A stretch of 26,034 bases of DNA from Alphaproteobacteria bacterium (GTDB taxonomy: Bacteria; Pseudomonadota; Alphaproteobacteria; Rickettsiales; UBA3002), in assembly GCA_021732545.1 (NCBI GenBank), contig JAKFUW010000234.1:1-26034 (forward strand). The letters run 5' to 3'. The notes under the pieces are model-generated. The model was not told the origin of the DNA, made no database searches, and saw only the letters and a program-made list of their open reading frames with translations. A program made the translations under genes and the position numbers. Below are positions 18,104-24,933 of the stretch, one piece after another (within the stretch, counting starts at the first letter, position 1; each line of letters starts with the position of its first letter).

Positions 18104-18370
18104 ATGAACATATCGATTACACCTGAACTTGAGCAATTTGTGCATGCGAAAGTGAAAAGCGGGATGTATAATTCGGCGAGCGAGCTCATCCGCGAGGCAT
18201 TGCGATTGCTTGCCGAGCGCGATGAACTGCACACACGCCGCATCGCCGCCATGGACGCCTTCTTGCAAGAGGGCATTGATTCCGCAGCAAATGGAGACCA
18301 TGTGACGCCGGAGGAATTATGGGCGGAATTGGATGAGATCATTCGTGAAGCAGAACAAAAACATGGCTAA
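18104..18370 (+). CDS. parD: Type II antitoxin, ParD family (ribbon-helix-helix)
   Basis: MNISITPELEQFVHAKVKSGMYNSASELIREALRLL; acidic C-terminus; overlaps the toxin start. Start set at ATG 18104, 6 nt after GGAGG. Confidence 0.88.
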   Translation: MNISITPELEQFVHAKVKSGMYNSASELIREALRLLAERDELHTRRIAAMDAFLQEGIDSAANGDHVTPEELWAELDEIIREAEQKHG

Positions 18371-18665
18371 GCGTTATATTATATCTACTCAAGCGCGTGC
18401 CGATATTGCTGCCATAACGCGCTATATTTCTGCGGATAATCCTGCGGCCGCCCGAAAAATGAAATTGGCGATGATGCAGGCATGTGAAAAGCTTGGCAAA
18501 CACCCATATATGGGGCAGGAGCGCGAAGACGTGACGTCTCAACCGCTGCGCTTCTGGCCAGTCCATTCCAACTATATGATTGTTTATGATCCAGCGACCA
18601 ATCTGGTGATGATCGTGCGCATCTATCACAGTGCGCGCTTCACGGCGATGCTCGTGCCGCAGTAG
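18363..18665 (+). CDS. parE: Type II toxin, RelE/ParE superfamily
   Basis: ARADIAAITRYISADNPAAA, LGKHPYMGQER, YMIVY, IVRIYHSAR; 100 aa, downstream of the antitoxin. Confidence 0.88.
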   Translation: MAKRYIISTQARADIAAITRYISADNPAAARKMKLAMMQACEKLGKHPYMGQEREDVTSQPLRFWPVHSNYMIVYDPATNLVMIVRIYHSARFTAMLVPQ

Positions 18666-18773
18666 GGTGAGAGATGAGGGGCTAGGTTTTAGATTGGTGA
18701 ACCAGATACCGGTATTGCTGCGCAAACCGGTATGACAGCTTTCACTCGACTCTCGACTCTAACTCCTCACCCC
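18663..18773. repeat. Degenerate 7-mer inverted arrays with a central hairpin after parE
   Basis: Left TAGGGTGAGAGATGAGGGGCTAGG; right ACTCGACTCTCGACTCTAACTCCTCACCCC. GGGTGAG (18665-18671) pairs with CTCACCC (18766-18772). Central ATACCGGT..TTGC/GCAA..ACCGGTAT stem (18706-18733). Confidence 0.7.
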
Positions 18774-18858
18774 ATTTTCCCCGTCCTTGTGCACAACTTC
18801 CAAAATCGGGTTGAAGCGCGTCAGAATGCGGCAAACGCGCATCCACAAGGCCGATTAG

Positions 18859-18915
18859 GTCATCAAGCGACCCTTTTGATTTAGAAAAACTGGATTCCCC
18901 CTGCGCGGGAATCAC
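18859..18915. repeat. Decayed copy of the CGTC-tagged dRS3-like element
   Basis: CTGGATTCCCCCTGCGCGGGAATCAC (18890-18915) resembles CTGGATTCCCGCTTTCGCGGGAATGAC (22230-22256); eroded left half starts GTCATC at 18859. Confidence 0.6.
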
Positions 18916-18944
18916 GCGTCACCCATGAAAAAACTTTGCAAGCG

Positions 18945-18960
18945 TTAACGCTTTTTTAAC
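18945..18960. promoter_or_regulatory. CtrA consensus box upstream of carD
   Basis: TTAA-CGCTTTT-TTAAC is an exact TTAA-N7-TTAAC match. It overlaps the palindrome AAGCGTTAACGCTT (18940-18953). Confidence 0.6.
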
Positions 18961-19104
18961 GATTTATTCGCCGCCCTATCATTTTGTAGTTTTTTTTACC
19001 CTAATTTTGTGTTATAACCCTGATCTCTCTTGATGAGAGCAATCACCTTTTTTAGTGATCGACAGCACCTAAGTTCGGTGCGGGGATGTTTTAACTTTGT
19101 TGCC

Positions 19105-19113
19105 TGTGGATAA
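19105..19113. promoter_or_regulatory. Perfect DnaA box upstream of carD
   Basis: TGTGGATAA, the reverse complement of TTATCCACA, 37 nt before the carD ATG. Confidence 0.5.
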
Positions 19114-19150
19114 CTTCCGGCATGCAACGCAACTTTTCGAAGGGTCGACT

Positions 19151-19651
19151 ATGGCAAAAGCAGTATTTAAGGTTGGCGAATATGTTGTATACCCTACGCA
19201 TGGCGTGGGCAAAATCACCGCAAAGGAAGTCGAAACCATCGGTGAGTTTGAATTGAACGTGTTTGTCATCAATTTTGAAAAAGACAAAATGACCCTGCGC
19301 GTTCCTGTAAACCGCGCTGAAGCAGCGGGCTTGCGTTCGGTATCAGGCGAAGGCGAAGTGAAAAAAGCACTCACCACCCTCAAAGGCCGCGCGCGCACCT
19401 CGCGTGGGATGTGGAGCCGCCGTGCTCAGGAATATGAAGCCAAGATCAATTCTGGCTGCATTATTTCGGTGGCCGAAGTGGTTCGTGATCTGCATAAAAA
19501 TGTCGATCAATCAGAGCGTTCCTATTCTGAGCGCATGATTTACGAGACCGCGATGAACCGTCTGGTGGGCGAAGTGGCGGCATCAGAGAAAACCGATAGC
19601 ATGAAAGCGCACGAAAAACTCATCCGCGCGTTGAAAAAACAAGCGGCATAA
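19151..19651 (+). CDS. carD: CarD/CdnL family RNA-polymerase-binding regulator
   Basis: FKVGEYVVYPTHGVGKI, MTLRVP, WSRRAQEYEAKINSG, AEVVRDL, SYSERMIYE. Start at ATG 19151 (GAAGGG upstream). Confidence 0.95.
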   Translation: MAKAVFKVGEYVVYPTHGVGKITAKEVETIGEFELNVFVINFEKDKMTLRVPVNRAEAAGLRSVSGEGEVKKALTTLKGRARTSRGMWSRRAQEYEAKINSGCIISVAEVVRDLHKNVDQSERSYSERMIYETAMNRLVGEVAASEKTDSMKAHEKLIRALKKQAA

Positions 19652-19672
19652 AACCAATACCTCTTTGTTGTT

Positions 19673-19711
19673 AAAAAAAACCGGCCCAGTGCAAATTGGG
19701 TCGGTTTTTTT
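19673..19711. terminator. Bidirectional intrinsic terminator after carD
   Basis: A8-CCGGCCCA-loop-TGGGTCGG-T7. Confidence 0.85.
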
Positions 19712-19715
19712 GTGG

Positions 19716-19764
19716 TTGAAATTGCGACACAATTAAGGTAAGGTAAAAGTATAAAAAGTAAGGA
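19716..19764 (+). promoter_or_regulatory. Putative promoter and RBS of the vapBC-type module
   Basis: TTGAAA (19716-19721), 17 nt, TAAGGT (19739-19744); repeated TAAGG; TAAGGA 6 nt before ATG 19771. Confidence 0.5.
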
Positions 19765-19770
19765 ATTCGC

Positions 19771-20031
19771 ATGCATTCGACCATTACCAGCAAAGGCCAG
19801 ATTACGCTACCTGCCGCGTTGAGGAAAAACCTGCAACTCAAACAGGGTGATATTGTGAATTTTGTGCCACTGCCTGACGGAAATTATCGGCTTGAGGCGA
19901 ATAGAAAAATTCCCATCACGGCGTTGAGGGGGATATTTGCTGTGTCAGGCCCTATCTTGAGTGTTGAGCAGATGAAGGATGCCATCATGGAAGCGGTGAA
20001 TGAAGATTATCATCGCTCCATTCAACCATGA
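19771..20031 (+). CDS. AbrB/MazE/SpoVT-fold antitoxin (VapB-type)
   Basis: STITSKGQITLPAALRKNLQLKQGD signature; ATGA overlap with the PIN gene. Confidence 0.9.
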   Translation: MHSTITSKGQITLPAALRKNLQLKQGDIVNFVPLPDGNYRLEANRKIPITALRGIFAVSGPILSVEQMKDAIMEAVNEDYHRSIQP

Positions 20032-20429
20032 TCGCGGTCGATACGAATATTCTGGTGAGGTATATTGTTCAGCTTGATGAGCCGTACACCAAAGTTGCCG
20101 ATCACTTTTTTGATACGTCAATCGCTCAACATAGGTCGATTTTCATTTCGCTGCTGGTATTGTGCGAAGTGGTCTGGGTACTGGGTCGTAGCTATGGATT
20201 TTCTCGAAAGCAGCTCGTGACAATCGTTGAAATGTTAAAAACTTCCGAGCATATCATTCTAGAGAATCCCGATATTGTAACGCTGGCGTTGGAGGATTTT
20301 CGTAGTAAAAAAGCAGGCTTTTCAGATTACATCATGCTGCATATCGCCGAAAGACATCGAGCCTTACCGCTTTACACCTTCGATCAAGCCCTTGCCGATC
20401 ATCCGATGGCGGTGCTGCTGGTGAAGTGA
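20028..20429 (+). CDS. vapC: PIN-domain toxin, VapC family
   Basis: MIAVDTNILVRY, LCEVVWVL, FSDY, YTFDQ: the four acidic PIN positions appear present. Confidence 0.9.
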   Translation: MIAVDTNILVRYIVQLDEPYTKVADHFFDTSIAQHRSIFISLLVLCEVVWVLGRSYGFSRKQLVTIVEMLKTSEHIILENPDIVTLALEDFRSKKAGFSDYIMLHIAERHRALPLYTFDQALADHPMAVLLVK

Positions 20430-20435
20430 AAAAGC

Positions 20436-21236
20436 CTAAACCCTTCTCTCCAGCATCAGTTTTTTAATTTCCGAAATCGCCTTGGCGGGGTTGAGGCCTT
20501 TAGGACAGGTTTTCGCGCAATTCATGATGGTGTGGCAGCGATAGAGGCGGAAGGGGTCTTCGAGGTTATCGAGGCGATCTCCCGTCATTTCGTCGCGGCT
20601 ATCCACAATCCAGCGGTACGCTTGCAGCAAAATCGCAGGGCCAAGATAGCGGTCCGAATTCCACCAATAGCTCGGGCACGAGGTGGAGCAACAGGCGCAT
20701 AAAATGCACTCATATAAACCATCCATTTTCTCGCGGTCCTCGGGCGATTGCAGGCGCTCCGAGTTGCTGGGCGGCGCGCTTTGGGTCTGCATCCAGGGTT
20801 GAATCGATTCATATTGCGCGTAAAAATGGCTCAAGTCTGGCACAAGGTCTTTGATGACAGGCATGTGCGGCAGCGGATAGATTTTGATGTCGCCTTTCAC
20901 ATCGCCAATCGCTTTGGTGCAGGCCAGTGTGTTGGTGCCATCAATATTCATCGCGCATGAGCCGCAAATGCCCTCGCGGCACGAACGGCGAAAGGTCAGG
21001 GTGGAGTCCATTTCATCTTTGATTTTGATGATAGCATCAAGCACCATCGGGCCGCAGCTATCCATATCCACTTCATAGCTATCGAGGGTAGGATTTTCAG
21101 CGTTACCAGCAGCATCCACGTGCTCAGGATTCCAGCGATAGACCTTGAAGGTTTTCAGATTTTTCGTGCCCGCAGGGGCGGCGTAATGGCGGCCTTTTTC
21201 AACCTTGGAATTTTTGGGTAGCGTAAATTCGGCCAT
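20436..21236 (-). CDS. sdhB: Succinate dehydrogenase iron-sulfur subunit
   Basis: [50 protein letters not shown]; GAGGA RBS. Confidence 0.98.
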   Translation of the reverse strand: MAEFTLPKNSKVEKGRHYAAPAGTKNLKTFKVYRWNPEHVDAAGNAENPTLDSYEVDMDSCGPMVLDAIIKIKDEMDSTLTFRRSCREGICGSCAMNIDGTNTLACTKAIGDVKGDIKIYPLPHMPVIKDLVPDLSHFYAQYESIQPWMQTQSAPPSNSERLQSPEDREKMDGLYECILCACCSTSCPSYWWNSDRYLGPAILLQAYRWIVDSRDEMTGDRLDNLEDPFRLYRCHTIMNCAKTCPKGLNPAKAISEIKKLMLERRV

Positions 21237-21253
21237 AATGTCCTCTTTAGTGG

Positions 21254-21407
21254 TTAGAGTCGAGAGTCGTGAGTCGAGTAGCGCTTTGAGAGCGTTGTAA
21301 AATAATGTCCAAGGCCTTTGTATTTGTCATTCCGGCCTTCGCTGGGATCACAACATAGCAAGCTGGCTATGCACAGACCTTACTTTTTACTCGACTCTCG
21401 ACTCTAA
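21254..21407. repeat. Inverted pair of 7-mer arrays (GAGAGTC / GACTCTC type) between the M48 gene and sdhB
   Basis: TTAGAGTCGAGAGTCG (21254-21269) is perfectly complementary to CGACTCTCGACTCTAA (21392-21407). The latter contains the M48 TAG. 21389-21407 is identical to 18744-18762 (19 nt). Confidence 0.9.
21326..21349. repeat. Half copy of the CGTC-tagged element
   Basis: GTCATTCCGGCCTTCGCTGGGATC; hairpin ATTCCGGC-CTTC-GCTGGGAT, related to 22191-22217. Confidence 0.7.
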
Positions 21408-22300
21408 TCACTTTTTCTAATGTTAGGCAGCAGGCGCTGCTTGCCTGCTTTTTTCTGTTCAATTTCGGCAATGGTTTTGTTCATGGTTACAAAGCGCTCA
21501 GGCGTTGTCGGGTGGGTAGTGCGCGTATAGATTCCCTGCTTATTCACCTTCGCCATCTGACGCCAAAACTGCGGCGCATCTTCCACTTTGAATCCGGCAC
21601 GCGCAACGATATAAAGCCCGATATAATCGGCTTCATTTTCAAATTCGGGCGAATAGGATAGCAGCGCCGTTTGCGCACCTATTTTGCCGATTTGGCCTTG
21701 CGTGTTGATGCCTTGAGATGATGCCAATGCATCGAGCAGTGTGCCAAGCAACGCACCGCCCACCACGTTATTTTGCGTCGATTGCACATGCCGCATCATG
21801 TGGTGGCTATATTCATGCGCTAAGATAAAGGCGAGTTGATTATCGTTTTTGGCGAATTCAACCATATCAGCATTCATCACAATTTGCGTTCCGTCCGCAT
21901 GCGCGTTCAGGCCTTTACTTTTCGTTGAAAGTATTACCCTCATGTCGCAGTTGGCCTGAGATCCGTTGAGTTCACGGCACAGTTTGGTGGCTTCTGGTGC
22001 TAACTTATCAATCACACCTTTGAGTCGATCGCGCATCGCACTAATATCATCTTGGGTAAAAGATTTACCTTCATATTGCGACGTCACTTGCGCGTCTGCC
22101 ATATAGGATTGTTGCTGGCGTTCCTGCGCGATTTCAGCTTGCGAGGCGTGCGGTGTCATGGCGGTGGGTTTGGCACAGGCAGCCAGTAATGTCATCCCAG
22201 CGAAGGCTGGGATCCAGAACAAGCGAAAACTGGATTCCCGCTTTCGCGGGAATGACGATCGAACTGGCAACTGGCAACTGGCAACTGACAACTTCATCAT
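21404..22300 (-). CDS. M48 family zinc metallopeptidase, predicted lipoprotein
   Basis: NAHADG, LAFILAHEYSHH (HExxH), YSPEFENEADYIG, THP; lipobox LAA-C at residue 42. ATG 22300 overlaps the sdhA stop (TGATG). Confidence 0.85.
   Translation of the reverse strand: MMKLSVASCQLPVRSSFPRKRESSFRLFWIPAFAGMTLLAACAKPTAMTPHASQAEIAQERQQQSYMADAQVTSQYEGKSFTQDDISAMRDRLKGVIDKLAPEATKLCRELNGSQANCDMRVILSTKSKGLNAHADGTQIVMNADMVEFAKNDNQLAFILAHEYSHHMMRHVQSTQNNVVGGALLGTLLDALASSQGINTQGQIGKIGAQTALLSYSPEFENEADYIGLYIVARAGFKVEDAPQFWRQMAKVNKQGIYTRTTHPTTPERFVTMNKTIAEIEQKKAGKQRLLPNIRKSD
22191..22256. repeat. CGTC-tagged dRS3/RPE-like dimer palindrome, in frame in the M48 gene
   Basis: GTCATCCCAGCGAAGGCTGGGATCCAG + 12 nt + CTGGATTCCCGCTTTCGCGGGAATGAC. 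Two 8-bp hairpins; the right half fits ATTCCC-N8-GGGAAT (Neisseria dRS3 consensus). 66 nt. Confidence 0.9.
22262..22293. repeat. 7-mer tandem array (AACTGGC)3 AACTGAC AACT
   Basis: Same unit as at ftsW-murG. Begins 6 nt after the sdhA stop on the - strand and is read in frame as LSVASCQLPV. Confidence 0.92.
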
Positions 22301-24120
22301 CAATAAACCCTTTTCTTAGGCGGAAACACGTCCACATCGTCGGTCAGCGTTTCCATATGAACGGGGCGGTAATTGAGAGTGGTGCTGCCATCGGCGTCCA
22401 ACCAACAAATGGTGTGTTTCATCCAATGAGTATCGTCGCGCTCAGGGTGGTCTTCTTGCGAGTGTGCGCCACGGCTTTCCTTGCGGTTGAGCGCCGAATG
22501 CAGCGTGATGGACGATTGCGCACGTAAATTATCGAGTTCGAGTGCTTCGACCAGATCGCTGTTCCACACCAACCCGTGATCGTTGATTTTAAGATCGTTG
22601 AACGATTGATACACCGCATCAATTTTTTTGCAGCCTTCTTTGAGCGATTCATCGGTGCGAAACACCGCCGCGTGGTCTTGCATCACACGCTGCATGGTGC
22701 GGCGGATTTCAGAGGTGGGCGTTTTGCCGGATGCGTAACGGATATTATCGAAGCGCGACAAGGCTTGTTCGGTAGAATGAGCAGGGGCTTTGGCGTGCGC
22801 GCCACCGGGCTTGACCAGCTCGCGCGCGCGGTGCGCAGCGGCACGGCCAAACACCACCAGATCGAGCAGTGAGTTAGAACCTAAACGGTTGGCGCCATGC
22901 ACCGAAACGCATCCGGCTTCGCCGATTGCCATCAGGCCTGGCACCACGGTGTCGGGGTCGCCTTTGTGGAGTGTCACCACCTCGCCATGATAGTTAGTAG
23001 GAATACCACCCATATTGTAATGCACCGTGGGCAGCACCGGAATGGGTTGCTTGGTGACATCAACACCTGCAAAGATTTTCGCGGTTTCCGAGATTCCGGG
23101 TAAACGCGCGTGCAACACATCGGGATCCAAATGATCGAGGTGTAAAAAGATGTGGTCTTTATTCGCGCCAACGCCACGCCCTTCGCGGATTTCCATCGTC
23201 ATCGAGCGGCTGACGACATCGCGTGATGCGAGATCTTTTGCAGAAGGTGCATAGCGCTCCATGAAGCGCTCGCCTTCGGAATTGACCAAATATCCGCCTT
23301 CACCGCGTGCGCCTTCGGTAATCAGGCAGCCCGCGCCATAGACGCCCGTGGGGTGAAACTGCACAAATTCCATATCTTGCAGCGGAATGCCCGCGCGAAC
23401 GGCCATGCCGCCGCCATCGCCCGTGCAAGTGTGGGCGCTTGTTGCGGAAAAATATGCGCGGCCATAACCACCCGTTGCCATCACCGTTTGCTGGCCATAA
23501 AAGCGATGCATCGAGCCATAGTCGAGGTTCATCGCGAGCACGCCGCAACATTGGCCATCATCGGTCATCAGCAAATCAATCGCGAAATATTCGATGAAAA
23601 ATTTGGCCTGATGTTTGAGCGCCTGAGTATAAAGCGTGTGCAAAATGGCGTGGCCGGTGCGATCAGCTGCAGCACAAGTGCGAACCGCGGTGCCTTCGCC
23701 ATAGCGCGTGGTCATGCCGCCGAAAGGCCGCTGATAAATCTTGCCTTCCTCGGTGCGCGAAAAAGGCACGCCATAATGTTCGAGTTCAATCACTGCCGCC
23801 ATCGCGTTTTTGCACATATATTCAATGGCGTCTTGATCGCCCAACCAGTCGGAGCCTTTGATGGTATCATACATGTGCCAGCGCCAGTCATCTTCGCCCA
23901 TATTGCCCAGTGCCGCCGAAATGCCGCCTTGAGCAGCCACCGTGTGCGAGCGCGTGGGAAATACTTTGGAAATACACGCAGTGGATAGGCCTTGCTCGGC
24001 CATGCCAAAGGTCGCGCGTAAACCAGCGCCACCCGCACCCACCACAATCACATCATAATGATGGTCGGTCATAGCGTAGGCTTTGGTGATGGAAGGGGCT
24101 GAAGTGGTAGGCGATGCCAT
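22300..24120 (-). CDS. sdhA: Succinate dehydrogenase flavoprotein subunit
   Basis: [62 protein letters not shown]. Start at ATG 24120 (AGGAG 10 nt upstream). Confidence 0.98.
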   Translation of the reverse strand: MASPTTSAPSITKAYAMTDHHYDVIVVGAGGAGLRATFGMAEQGLSTACISKVFPTRSHTVAAQGGISAALGNMGEDDWRWHMYDTIKGSDWLGDQDAIEYMCKNAMAAVIELEHYGVPFSRTEEGKIYQRPFGGMTTRYGEGTAVRTCAAADRTGHAILHTLYTQALKHQAKFFIEYFAIDLLMTDDGQCCGVLAMNLDYGSMHRFYGQQTVMATGGYGRAYFSATSAHTCTGDGGGMAVRAGIPLQDMEFVQFHPTGVYGAGCLITEGARGEGGYLVNSEGERFMERYAPSAKDLASRDVVSRSMTMEIREGRGVGANKDHIFLHLDHLDPDVLHARLPGISETAKIFAGVDVTKQPIPVLPTVHYNMGGIPTNYHGEVVTLHKGDPDTVVPGLMAIGEAGCVSVHGANRLGSNSLLDLVVFGRAAAHRARELVKPGGAHAKAPAHSTEQALSRFDNIRYASGKTPTSEIRRTMQRVMQDHAAVFRTDESLKEGCKKIDAVYQSFNDLKINDHGLVWNSDLVEALELDNLRAQSSITLHSALNRKESRGAHSQEDHPERDDTHWMKHTICWLDADGSTTLNYRPVHMETLTDDVDVFPPKKRVY

Positions 24121-24133
24121 AAAAAATATTCTC

Positions 24134-24535
24134 CTAAAAACCAACAACGTGCATTTTAATCACCGCCACCCAACTCATCACGGTGAGGGTGCTGAAAACC
24201 AGCAAGCTGGTGACGAGCATGGTGGTTTTGATGCAGGCGCAATGAACATAATCTTCGATCACCACCTGAATGCCGAGCTTGGCGTGCATGAACATGGCGG
24301 TGAGCAATATCAGCGTGGCAATGGTATGCAACGGTGAACTAAACCACACGGCCACCTCATAGACATCGCTGCCCATCATGCCGGTGATCATGGAATAGAC
24401 AAACCACAGTGATAGCGGAATCATGACGAGAGCGGTGATGCGCTGCATCCACCAATGATGGGTGCCGTCTTTAGCAGAACCAAGGCCACGCGCCTTGCTT
24501 AAAGGCGAACGCAAACGGGTTTTGTGATCGCTCAT
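24134..24535 (-). CDS. sdhD: Succinate dehydrogenase membrane anchor subunit
   Basis: [41 protein letters not shown]. Confidence 0.95.
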   Translation of the reverse strand: MSDHKTRLRSPLSKARGLGSAKDGTHHWWMQRITALVMIPLSLWFVYSMITGMMGSDVYEVAVWFSSPLHTIATLILLTAMFMHAKLGIQVVIEDYVHCACIKTTMLVTSLLVFSTLTVMSWVAVIKMHVVGF

Positions 24536-24933
24536 AGCGCGGCTCCGTTGTAGATTTTATCGCAGATAAAGACCCAGCTGATCGCGGTCATAATAAGCGC
24601 AAAGGCAATGACGGCAAGGCCGCTACGGGTCACGTTTTTCAGATCAAAGCCGCGCCCCATATCCCAAAACAGATGGCGGATGCCGTTGCCAAGGTGATAG
24701 AAAAACGCGAATGTCCAGCCGCCCAGCACGAGCATTCCCAGAGTGCTTACGGCTAATTCTTGCCAAAATTCAAAATAGGATTGGTCATAGGCGGCAGCCC
24801 ACAGCCACGCCACCAAAAACAGCGTGCCAAGGCTCAGGAAAACGCCGCTCGCGCGGTGAGTAATCGACATCACCGAGGTAATTTGCGGACGATAGATTTG
24901 TAAATGCGGCGACAAAGGACGCTGAGGTTTCAT
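24532..24933 (-). CDS. sdhC: Succinate dehydrogenase cytochrome b556 subunit
   Basis: RPLSPHLQIY, SITHRASG, YHLGNGIRHLFWD. Start set at ATG 24933; ATGA overlap with sdhD. Confidence 0.95.
   Translation of the reverse strand: MKPQRPLSPHLQIYRPQITSVMSITHRASGVFLSLGTLFLVAWLWAAAYDQSYFEFWQELAVSTLGMLVLGGWTFAFFYHLGNGIRHLFWDMGRGFDLKNVTRSGLAVIAFALIMTAISWVFICDKIYNGAAL

Noticed and set aside
18630-18665. Atypical ParE C-terminus (HSARFTAMLVPQ)
   Set aside because: ParE tails are variable and protein length is normal; cannot call truncation without an alignment.
17953-18773. Insertion sequence or prophage carrying the TA modules
   Set aside because: No transposase, integrase or phage gene in the window.
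18780-19150. Chromosomal replication origin (DnaA box, CtrA box, AT-rich tract)
   Set aside because: Only one perfect DnaA box, flanking genes are co-oriented, and the usual alphaproteobacterial origin neighbours (hemE, DUF299) are absent. A whole-genome GC-skew plot would be decisive.
11069-22293. CRISPR array interpretation of the short repeats
   Set aside because: Units are 7-8 nt, abut without unique spacers, and no cas genes are present.
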